Positions 1-11,300 of a stretch of DNA of 64,000 nt are shown here, piece by piece. The stretch is taken from the NCBI GenBank assembly GCA_028534125.1, contig CM052816.1, forward strand, positions 53,198,001-53,262,000. The letters run 5' to 3'. The notes under the pieces are model-generated. The model was given only the letters and a program-made list of their open reading frames with translations. It did no database searches and was not told the DNA's origin. Numbering within the stretch: the first letter of the stretch is position 1; every line of letters starts with the position of its first letter. This stretch comes from Lama glama. Its lineage: Eukaryota. The position numbers and the translations under genes are program-made.

Positions 1-549
1 CCACATCTTCTCCAAGCTTCATGAAGCTGAGTCAATATATCACACGATTCCTTTAAACACCCCTATAGATAACACCTGGGAAGTGTGGGTTGCTATAGTA
101 ACAGTTACTAAGCTGTTTTTCAGGAACCTGGAGCTAGTCATGCCTAGATCAAACTGCCCGAGACTGCCAACCATTCAACTGGGTCTTCCCGAGTGTCCGA
201 TTGATGACCTTCTGACGTCAGAAGGTCCAAACTCCACCCTCAGCTCATGCTAACGCCACCATTTTCTCAAGGTACATCCCATGAAGAAGCATGTAACTCA
301 AATAGGCCTGCACAGAACACCAATTATGTCACCTTTTCTTGTCTCCAGTCATATTTCCCCACACCTCAGACCTCCTTACCTCCTTATCCCCTAAATATTC
401 CGAGCCTCTCACCTTCAGGGAGGCAGATTTCAGACTTCCTCTCCTGTCTCCTTGCTTGGCTGCCTTGTGAGTAAGCCTTTAGTCTGCTGCAAACCTTGGC
501 GTCTCAGCATTTGGCTTGCTGTGTGTTGGGCACACCTGGTTTGGAAACA
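1..549 (+). mobile_element. ERV1-type LTR, truncated by the window start
   Basis: LTR-like composition: TATA-like CCCTAAATA, degenerate polyA region 'gagtaagcctttagtctgctgcaaacc', ends ...AACA. Confidence 0.65.
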
Positions 550-3500
550 AACTGCCTTACGAAGGGCAGTGGGCCTTTGCTGATGGAGATACTCAATCCG
601 AGTATGTTTTGGGGTGCCACATCTCAGAAAAGCCAGAACCTCTCAGAGGAGAACAACAAAGCTAGCAAGGACGTGGAACAGCATCTACGTGAAGCAAGAA
701 TAAGAAACTTGAGATACTTCCCTCTTGTGTCTTCAGCTCCCAAACCCATCAGAGTCAGCAAAAGATAGGAGAGCTGCTGTTGTGGAAGATGGGAATTTTA
801 GGGTTTTCTTGGCTAGTCCTTTAACTAGCTATGTGGATGTGAGCAAGTCTCACTGATCTTGGTTTCCTTATTTATGAGATAGATTCTTGGTTTCCTTGGC
901 ACACTTTCTACACCAAAGCAGCACAGGGTGTCAGTTAGGAGCACGGATTCTGGAATCAGACCATCTGAGTTTGTAATACAGCTCTTATTTCACTTCTCGT
1001 GCCTAGATTTTTCATCTGTAAAACAGGGACAATAATTTCCATTTTAGAGCTAGAGTAACAATGGGTGAGTATGTACAAGCCTTTTAAGGTAGTGCTCGTC
1101 ATTTAGTAAGCTCTTAGTAAATGTTAGCTATTAACCCGATGGGTTTTTAGTGCAGTTTCAGGGTCCAACTTTATGCAACTGAGAATATTTAGACGAGTTA
1201 TCATCTTGGATCCTTTTGCTTGGTCTTTCCTAACTTCAGAGGCTCAAGAAATCAGGATTCTTTTTGTAGCTCAATTCTGTCCCCACTCCTGCCCAAGCAG
1301 GCATCCCCTCAACTCTAAGTTATTGTCTAGGCAGGGATTCAAGCAGGAGGAGATAAGAATTGGAGCAAGAGAAGAAGGAGGAGGGGGAGCATTAAGGCCA
1401 GAAGAAGGGCTGAGTGTGTAGGTACGAGTTGTGCATAACTTGGCAACCACTTACATACTAATATGCGTGAAGCTTTTTTTCCTTATGCAAAGTCAGCACT
1501 GACGATGAGCTTGGACACCTGCAGGTGTTACTCTGCCAGGCAGGCAGCACCATCTCCTCTGCCACCACCTGTCTTTCTCCCACCTTCCTGCATTCCAGTA
1601 TCCTCCGTTTACCATCAACATTGGCCATCACCACTACCAACACGTCATAATGTCTGGTGAGGTGTTCAGATGCCACTGCAGAAAGTGCCTGTCTCTACTG
1701 AACCTCAGGAGAGGAGCTCCAGCAGTCAGGGCATTGCCAGAGCTGGACTTTCTCTCTTGAAAAAGGTGAATGAAATGAGATCATTTTCAGATTGAGATTT
1801 TATCAAAATACAATGTGTTTAAAAATTCCTCCCCCCTCCCAAAATACAGTGTTTTAAAGATCTTCACAAAACAAAAATTCTACAGGGTTTTTTTTTTTTA
1901 AGGTATACTCAAGTGCAAACATGTCATTATAGGCTAAAACTTTAAATTGTGACATACACCTTAGTTTAAAATATATACTCCCTGATTTAGAATGTATTGT
2001 TTCCTAAAACTTTGAATTTTAGGGATGAAAAAGACTTTTGAGACCGTTCAGTTCCATGTTAGTATTTTTTAGTTGAAGGAACTGAGAGGTAAGGAGGTGA
2101 GGACACTGGCCCTTGTTCACAGGGCTAATTAGGAAAGTTGGAGCAAGAGCAGAACTCTCAGGCAAGAATTATTTTCTTTACATCACAGAGGACTCCTCCT
2201 CCAAAATAATTATGGTTGTTACATTGCAAAGAGTTCCAGAATGGGAAGACAAGTGAAATTAGTCGCATCAACAGCTCACGCAGAGGGTGGCTAAGGGTAT
2301 GGGGCCTGGGGCCAGACAAACAGGGTTGGAATCCTGTCTTCCCCACAGACCAGCAGAGTGATCATAGGCAAGTTATCCCACCTCTCTGTGGAGTCACAGG
2401 TAACCTGACTGCAAATGTTTCAATGTGTTTGTAGAGTGTTCTGTTCCATATTAGGGATAGAACCAGTATCAGATACATGTAAATCAGGAACCATTTATGT
2501 ATTTATGTGTTCAATTATCGTTAAAGATTGTTTCTGAGAGGCACACTATGAGGATCTAATGCAGTTATAGTTTTTAGCTTTGCTAAATTGAGAATATTTA
2601 GGGATGTCTACATCTTGCATCCTTTTCTATATCTTTTCCAGCTTACAAATCTTAAGAAATCAGAATTCTCTTTCTGACTCCATTCTGTTCCTACCTTAGC
2701 CCAAGCAGACACTCCCCCGACTCTATAATCCTGAGGATGGAGACCTGGGCAAAGCATGGTCTCAGCCATATCACCAGTGCCAGCCCAGCACTTAAAAAAT
2801 AAATGTTAGTGAGAGTTTAATGCAGTGGGATCTCTAGGATTTGGACATAGAAATGGCTTAGGGGTATGAAATGTGAGTGATTGAAACTGTGTAGCTAATG
2901 GCCCCTCATGCCACTGCTTAAAATCAGCATTCAATGAATGTATGCATGAATGAATAAAGGATTAGTGAATGAAAGAAGATAGTTAAGCTACAGCTTTGTT
3001 GTGGTCGACACCGCCACTGGGATACAACTGCCAAGTGATACTGGGGAGGAAGGAACCTCGACATGGAAGCTGAGGTGGACTAATCTAATGTAAAATGGGT
3101 ATTAATGTGTCTTTACCCATCATCCATTCCTAGGCTGGAGAATCTGCATGATAATAATTACACAAGAGACGCATTCAATGCCTTTGTAGGAAGACAAGCA
3201 ACTTGAACTTGGCCTTTGACCTAGAACCTGTGGCCCAGTTTAGAAAATAATATTCTAGCCTGTGTATACTCACTGATGAGACTATCATGACTTCAATTTT
3301 CCTCTCAGTGGTATACCTTTAATGAGCTAACCATTTCCCATCTTGCTGTGAAAGAAATTCATATGTATAAGCTATTATTGTCGTGTTTATAATCCAGAAT
3401 GATCTGATGAAGTAGTATATTTAGATACCTAAATGATAATGAAGACTTTGTGTTGAGTTTTTAATTTATTTGACTGATTTGTTGAATTTTAAATTAATTT

Positions 3501-4695
3501 GAGTTTTTAATTGGACTGTGGGTGTTTAATTCCCACGGGACCAAGAATTATATGTCTCCTCTTTCTTGACAAACCCTATCTTCTCCATGTAATCTTGTCT
3601 CTATTTTTTTTTGCATTTATTTTTATTTCTATTTGGAAAACTTGTCTGACTGGTCTTTGCCACTGAAGACATCAGGTTGTGCAAAAGTCTTGGCATTCCT
3701 TGCTTGATGACTGCACAAATGAAAAATTAAGTGCGAGCAAATTCTTGTTAGATAACTTCATCGCATAGTTCTAGAGAATCACCAGCACACATCAGTCATT
3801 AAAGCATTTCTTTTTCTACTTTTACAGTGACTACACTACTTATTAAAATAGCAAATTGCTTTATTCTCTTTCCTTCCCAGAGGTTTTAATTTTTCTTATT
3901 TTGTCTTCATGGCTAGACTTCTTTTAGAAGATTGAAAATCATTTCTCCCTTGTTATTAGGGCATTTTTGGCAGACACTGCTTTTTTCACTGGAGCTGAAA
4001 TATGGCTTGATTTATTTTTGTTGTTTCTGAGTTTGTTTAGCAACATAATTAATATTATCCAAATTGTTCTTGGATCAGAGCTTAATTCCTCAGCTTTTGT
4101 TTTTGATGCAAGGATGATTAGGTCTGGAGAAATAAATTAAAAAAAATTTTATGCCAGGCATAACAGCAATGGTAGTATTCCTTAACCTTCCTGCTTCCGC
4201 CCACGTTTTGTTTACATGCACATCCATCTGTAATGTCTCAAAATTAATCACTGTTCTTCAGTCTAGAGAAAATTGAGAAGCCTCTTTCCTGAGCCTTGAT
4301 AAATGAACTTCTTCCTACAAATGGACCATAAGATCCACTCACTGACACAAATTCCCTTTTCTAAGAAAAAGTCACTGCTCTTAATAAGGCACTCCTTAGC
4401 CTCTCTCAGCCAAAATATTTAATTGAAATATCCCCATTTTAAAAGCTTGTATTCTTTAATACAAATAAATTTCATCAATGCTATTTTCATTCCTTATGTC
4501 TCTTCCTTCCTTTTAATCCCATGCTTAACCCTTTGTGACCCAGTGGGATTTTCAAGTCCCTTAGTAAAAACATTCTCACAGTCTCTGATGCTGGAATCCT
4601 GGACTAACAGGACCTCAGGTGTAGAATGTTCCATCAGAACTTTGGACTGATCGTGCAGTAAATAGTGCAATATTGAGTTGTTGGTTTTTTTTTTG

Positions 4696-4726
<31 letters not shown>

Positions 4727-5899
4727 AACCAAAAGGGAACATTTCTTTTCTCTCTTTAAGAGCAATTAATTTTGAGTTGCTAAGAACTACAATTTCATCT
4801 GTAAGGGTTACTCTACTAATTTGGCTCTTTCCTTAATGTTCCTACATTTTGTTTATTTCACTGTTCTTTCCTGCCACAGAAATTACTGCTTTTTCCCTAA
4901 GACCCTTATCTTCACACGCCCCTCTCTAATCTCTAAAGAAGACCTGACAGAATAATGACAGAGGTCCATGCCAAGAGACTGAAGGGAAGAAACAGAGAAG
5001 AGGAGGAGAATGAGGAGGGCAAACGGCTGGGGAGTGGGTGGGGTAGACCTGCTTTTGGTCAATACTTTGGGGCCCCTCCTTCCTCATCTTTCTAACCCGA
5101 GCCCCGGACTTGGCCACTGTAGCTTCCTTTGGCTTCTGCTTGGGGATTGAAGACCATCCTCAGAACTGACTGCCTTCGAAGGCAGTCGGCTATCTTCCTT
5201 GTTGGCCCACTGTACCCGCTGGCCTGGCCTCATGGAAATCTGACAAGCCTGCCTTGCAGAGACATAACAGATTGGCTTCTTTCTCTTCTTTCCTTTATTA
5301 CAGTCAGAGAGAGGCCCAGAGGAGGAGGATGTCACCCTCTACAAGGGAGCTCTTGTGAAATTCGCTGTGCAGGGAAAACAATACTGTGGGGGTGTCATTT
5401 TCAGTTGTGCTGTTGCTGGCATGACAGTTTAAACAGTACTGGTTCCCTGATCTGTTTGGGCTTGGTTTCCATTCTTGCATAATGTACATGCCGGGTTCTT
5501 TGTACTGTGGATAGCAGAGAGCCCACAGATAACCAAGGCTTGGAGAGCGGAAGGGTTCTCTCATTTTATGAATTAAGCAGAGTCCAAGATAATACGTTTT
5601 TAAAATCTCATATTTATATTGCTAAAACATATCAACATTGAAGATCAGTTTTAATCACTTATATATTTTAGCTCTACAAAAAAAAAAATTAGTTCTCATC
5701 TCTCACTGAGTCGGTGAGAACTGGATACTCAGAATCATCTGGGAGCTTTTTAAATTACTGAGGCCCAGGCCTTACTTTAAACCAGCTGAATGTCAATCCT
5801 TAGTGGTGGGGCCCTGGCACCCCTATTTTTAACAAACTCCTCGGGCGAGTAGAGAATCAGGGGTAGAAGGTATATTGTTAAATAACCAGTTTACTCCCT

Positions 5900-6250
5900 G
5901 TTGGTAGCCTTAAGCGAGTAGGCCGTGGGACCCAGGGCGAAGGTCACAACAACTCGCCTATATAATAGGTAAACAGTAAATGTACGCACGCACCAGTTAT
6001 ATAAGCCGTATGAACCGAAAAAGCAAAGGCGCGCATGCGCTAGTAGTAGTACGTAAGCAGTATGAACAAAGAAATGAACAACGCGCATGTGCGGGCAGAA
6101 CAAGTGCGCCACGCAGGCTCGCGCCATCTTGTTTTAGAATACAGTGCTGTTTCGCTCCACGTCGGCTTCTCCCGGCGCAGCCTGTTTTGCAGTCTCCTTA
6201 AATCTCTCTTCAGTCCCCCTCGGCTGCCACTCCCCATCCAGCTTAAGAAG
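5900..6250. promoter_or_regulatory. Orphan CpG-rich promoter-like element with NRF1 and YY1 motifs
   Basis: GCGCATGCGC at 6031-6040, CGCGCATGTGCG at 6082-6093, CGCCATCTT at 6122-6130; local CpG enrichment. Confidence 0.6.
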
Positions 6251-6434
6251 CAGTCTCTTCCTGGGAATCTCTTCCTGGTCATTTTTTATTCCCAAGCCTC
6301 AGAGGTAATCACTGGCCTAAATTTGGTGTTTATTGTTCCCATCCAAATATTAAAACTTTTACCACAGGTATATGTATGTTTGTAACCCAAAATAATATAT
6401 GGTTTGGTATTTATAAATTTTAAAAACTTTGTAA

Positions 6435-6600
6435 GGGGGAGGGTATAGCTTAGTGGTAAAGTGCATGCCTAGCACGCACAAGGTCCTGGGTTTAGTTCCC
6501 AGTACCTCTGTTTAAAAAAAAAAAACTAATAAAGAAACCTAAAATTACCTCACCCCATTAAAAAAAAAGAAGAAAAAAATAAAAATAAATAAATAAAAAC
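6435..6600 (+). mobile_element. tRNA-derived camelid-type SINE (Vic-1-like)
   Basis: GGGGAGGGTATAGCTTAGTGGTA...GTCCTGGGTTTAGTTCCC A/B boxes, A-rich tail. Confidence 0.85.
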
Positions 6601-6874
6601 TATAAATGGTACTACGTCCTATGTATCTTTCTAAAACTTTTTTCTTCAAGATTTATTCATATTGATACATGTAGTTTTAGTATATTTTCACTACTGTATA
6701 GTATTGTATAAATATTTTTAAAAACTTATTTTGAAGTGAGCCAGTGGTCATATCGTTTTACCAGACTTACTTCCTTTCTGGGGCTATTTTCCCCCAATTT
6801 TATATTCAAGAGTACATATTTTAATAGCGATTATTATAACTCAATTTTGGGTTTTTCTTTTTCCATTTAATTCT

Positions 6875-7009
6875 TAAAAAATTTAAAAAAAATTTTGGGG
6901 GAGAGGTAATTAGGTTTACTTACTTCTTTTCAGAGGATGTACTGGGGATTGAACCCAGGACCTTGTGTATGCTAAGCATGCACGCTACCATTTGAACTGT
7001 ACCCTCCCC
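6875..7009 (-). mobile_element. Vic-1-like SINE
   Basis: Reverse complement of the same consensus (gtactggggattgaacccaggacc...accctcccc). Confidence 0.85.
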
Positions 7010-7974
7010 ACTATTTAATATTATATCATAAACTTCTTTCCATGTTATATGTTATAATGATTCTTTAATTAGCTACAGAACTTTCCTTCATGTTTGTTTA
7101 TAATTTACCTAACTATACCCCTAATATTTACCCCTAATATTGTTTCAGGACATGGAGCTGGTAACGCTATGAGAAAGACTTGAGGGTAAGCAGCTTATTT
7201 GTTTTGTTGAATTATTTCCCTGGAATAACTTTCCAGGAGTAGGATTATTGAATCCAAGTCTTTGAATGATTTTATGATTCTCGATACTTTTTTTTATAAT
7301 ATCATCTTCCAAAAACACTCTTACCATCTCTCAGTTAACACTGGATGGCTTTGTTTCATGGAAGAACATAGTATTAGGAATGTCTCTTTTAGAGAAACCA
7401 TACTCTTGGTTCCAAACTCTTAGAACAAATCAAACACTGAAAAGAGTTCCCAGAGTTGAATCTATTTAACAATAGGCTAATATTTAAAGCTAAATGGAAT
7501 AGCAAACACACGAGCAGTAGCAAAAACGTTGGATAATAAACTGATTGCAGATGTGATTTCACAATGGTAATTGTTACTTAAGTTGCCTAAGCTCTTTATT
7601 AAAGTTCAGCGTCCTCAGCTGTAAAATGGAATTATAATACTAATAACAATAGCAACAAGCAGGACAACATTTTTACTGTCTTCATCATGTGCCAGGCATG
7701 GTTCCAAACACTTTAGGTGCACTAACATTTAGTTTTCATAACAGCCCTATCATGTAGGCCTTGTTTTCATTATCCCTATTTTATAGCTGAGGAACCAAAG
7801 CACAGAGGGTTAAGTGACTTTTCTAATGGCTTACAGTTAGTAGATGGCAGAGCCAGAATTCTAACTCAGTCTGGCTCCAGAGTTTACACTCATAATCACT
7901 AAATAGATAAGATAGTTCATATGAAATACCTGGTCCAAAGACTGGCACATAGTGAGTACTCAATAAATGCTTGC

Positions 7975-8022
<48 letters not shown>

Positions 8023-8033
8023 TACTATTATTA
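7975..8033. repeat. (TTA)n microsatellite at a MIR tail
   Basis: Direct reading. Confidence 0.95.
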
Positions 8034-8173
8034 TCAGTATGTATTTTAAAAGCCAACTAATTAGGTCGTATAGAAAATGGCAGAATTGAATTAAAAGCTC
8101 TAGGGAACAGAATTAATGACTGGAAGTTTCAGCAAGGCAAATCCTGACTCAGTAGCAATGGTGCACTCTTGAA

Positions 8174-8338
8174 GGGGAGGCTTTAGCTCAGTGGTAGGGT
8201 TAGTGCTTAGCATGCATGAGGTCATGGGTTCAATCCCCAGTACCTCCACTAAAAAAAAAAAACAACAAAAAAACAACTCTAATAATAAATAAATAAACAA
8301 ACCTAATTATCTCCCCGCTCCAAAACAAACAAACAAAA
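8174..8338 (+). mobile_element. Vic-1-like SINE with TSD gtgcactct
   Basis: SINE consensus, A-rich tail, flanking duplication. Confidence 0.85.
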
Positions 8339-11300
8339 GTAGTGCACTCTCGGGCACTGCACATGAGCCAGGAGAGGATGAATGGCCCCTTAAGAAGGTT
8401 GTAGAAAAAATTTCTGTATCAGGTGGGTGGCTGAACTAGATGACCTCTATGGCACTTTCCAACTGTAGGAGTCTATGATTCTAGGCTGGAATCCTATATT
8501 CTTTTTCCACACAGTAAAGCTTCATTTGTTTTCTTTAATATTAGTTTCAGTTTCTGAACCTTGTTGATACTATTTTCATTGTAATTATCTGAATCATTCA
8601 CCAACAAGAGTATAGCTTTGTAGTTTGGGTAAGCCTTTGACAGTCTCTCATGTTGTAATGTTTGATGTGTTACAAAACCTGAACATTATAATGATGGGTG
8701 CTGGGGAAACTGACATATAAACACATGAGTTACTGTGCTGTGATGGTCATCCCTTCTAGGTAGGCATCTACAGGGTTACTGTCACTGGGCTAAATACCAT
8801 TTGGGGCCTGTCATCTTTAACCATCAAGAGAATGTGCAGGCCCATAAAATCGTCATACGGGGCTTTTAATGTTTACATTGAAAAATCATGGAACTATGAT
8901 TGTGGATATAAGTTAATGTCACATCTGTAACAACACTGTTCACAGGTGACTCAAGGGAGTTCCAATGAGTTTCCTGCTGAAAGGACAATTACTCCCTTGA
9001 TGGAAGTAATAGTTTTGCTCAAATCATAGAGAAGCCACACCTGACCTCATAACTTGCCTTCCCTTTGGATTTCAATCTAGGCAATTATTTTGCCTTTACC
9101 ATTACATCTTAAGCAATCCTTCAGGATAATGAACAATTTTGTATATCAACTTTATGTCATTTCTCCAAAAAGGGTGATTTAAAAAGCCCAGTTAATTCCC
9201 TTACAAAGATGTTGAGAATGGAATCCATAGCAAGCATACAGGGCTGGTTCAGAGAGTCAGTACTTAGAAATCAGTTTCTTCTTGGCTATGTATTTTTGTC
9301 TTTGGTCTGATGTTTTACATTGGGCTGAATGTGTAGTTACCATGGAGATATGATGAAAATGGGCATAGAGTTTTGGGTATCAAATTGTCCACAAATTTAC
9401 TATATAAAAATAGGATGTGGAGTCAGAAAGAGGACAGACAAAAGCTTTCAAAACAATGTTGTGAGATTTAATCTACAATATGAGGAGGATGAGAAAACCA
9501 GAGAGCAGGTAGGATTTTAGATATTAGATTCTCCAAAATCTTAAGATAAACAATTTGAAGTGATCATTTTTGAATCCTCATCACTGAAACACACAGTATA
9601 TTCACCTTGTAAGAAAAATAATCTGATTTTACTTAGTGGGATTTCACCATTTTCAACAGTAGTAATAATTCTTGTAAAACAGAGATTGGTTGCAGGTTGA
9701 CTTCTATTTATGATGGCACCTTCATGCAAACAGCTCATATACTGATGGATATGCGTATTTATACTCTGTGTTTAATTTAGACACATTGTAACTCAGGTTA
9801 AATAATGAAAAAAGTGCCAGTTTGTTTTAAGTAAGCTAAGGTTTGCTTTGTAATCTGATCAACTAATAAACAATTATGAGCATACATTTGGGGCATCTTG
9901 CTTTGGGGAACTTCAGAAAGGGTGACAAGCTGTCTGGCAGTAATTACGCGTGTCATTATCCTTGTGTTATTCATAATGAATCCAATAAGATGAGGGTGGT
10001 GTCTCCAGTCACCCAGAAACTCGAATTAGAATGCTTAAGACTCAAATAACAGCAGTGGGCAATCAGATTCAAAGCTTTTTTGGAATGTAAGTAGCATTTC
10101 TAAAAGGAATGTGTGTTATTTACATACGTAAAGTAAATATTGAAAGATTGGCTCTGGCTAAAAATACTCAAGGTAAGGTTGCAGGACTGGATAGTAAAAG
10201 AATGAGCTGATATTGTAGACTTTTCAGAACAGAACTTTTTTTTTTTGTCATGTCTGTTTAGGATGAAAGTGAATTTTTGATTCAAATAAAACAGAAGGGA
10301 GTTGACCAAAACTGTTTGTCCAAGAAGTGACAAATGTGTAGTGTACCCAGGAACAAATCTCAATTTACAGTATTGTTCTTAAGCAAGTTATACTTGGACA
10401 ACATCTTGCTACATTTCAGATTGTACGGTTAGAAGAATCAAACTTGAAAATTCTTTTGACCTGTTCTCTTTTGGGTAACATTTTGAAAAATGTGTCCTAA
10501 ACAAGGCAGTATATTTATCATCTATAAAACAAGACAAAGAGATTGAACTTAGACTCTTCTTCTGGTAGGTTAGTTGGACAAACAAAACTTTCCTATAGAT
10601 TGAGAAGTTGGCATTGGTCTTCCTGCCTATGGAAAAGCCTTGAATAGGGACAAGCCTCTCAGGGGGGAAAAAAGGAATGTCTCTCTTCTCTGCTGAGGAC
10701 AGAAGCACAAAGTGATTGAAGTAGTTTGAATTTATCCCTTCTATTTGAAAAAGCCCTTCTCGTACAGATATTTCTCTTTGCCTCAGACCTTCTGTTGTGG
10801 CAAACCCTGCCAGAGGGTTACTGGAGAGAATAGTTTTTTGTTTGGTTTTGTTTAAGATTCAGGGAGAGCTGCTTAATGAACATGACAGATAGGGCATGGA
10901 AGTCTTGATACTCTTTGGTTGAGTCCTGTGAGTCACAGCTGCAGAAGGGGAGGCGTGGAGGCCAGTGGCCTGCCTGCTGACATCAGAGCAGTGGTTAAGG
11001 AAAATCTGGCCAGTGCCACCTGAGGGCAAAACTGCCTCTTCACCATCATAGCATCCTTGCCCTGTCTGCTGCTCTCTCCTACCCCACCCCTTCATCAGCC
11101 CATTGTGGAGGCTGCTCATGCCCCTTGTGAGGAAAGAACAGGTTTCTCCTCTACTCGCTTTCCGGCAGTGGTATATATTCCTCCTACGAACCAGCACTTC
11201 CGAAGAGCTGGGAGCCTCTGTAATGCTTCTGCAACTCTGAAGACCAAGTCAGTTGACTTAATACTCCTATCGACTGACAGAGATTCAGGCATGAATCAAA

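Noticed and set aside
6435..6510. tRNA-like sequences (also at 8174, 35165, 42622 etc.)
   Set aside because: These are SINE heads with A-rich tails and TSDs, not tRNA genes.
7823..8056. Poly-Asn ORF
   Set aside because: Translation of the (TTA)n microsatellite and MIR.
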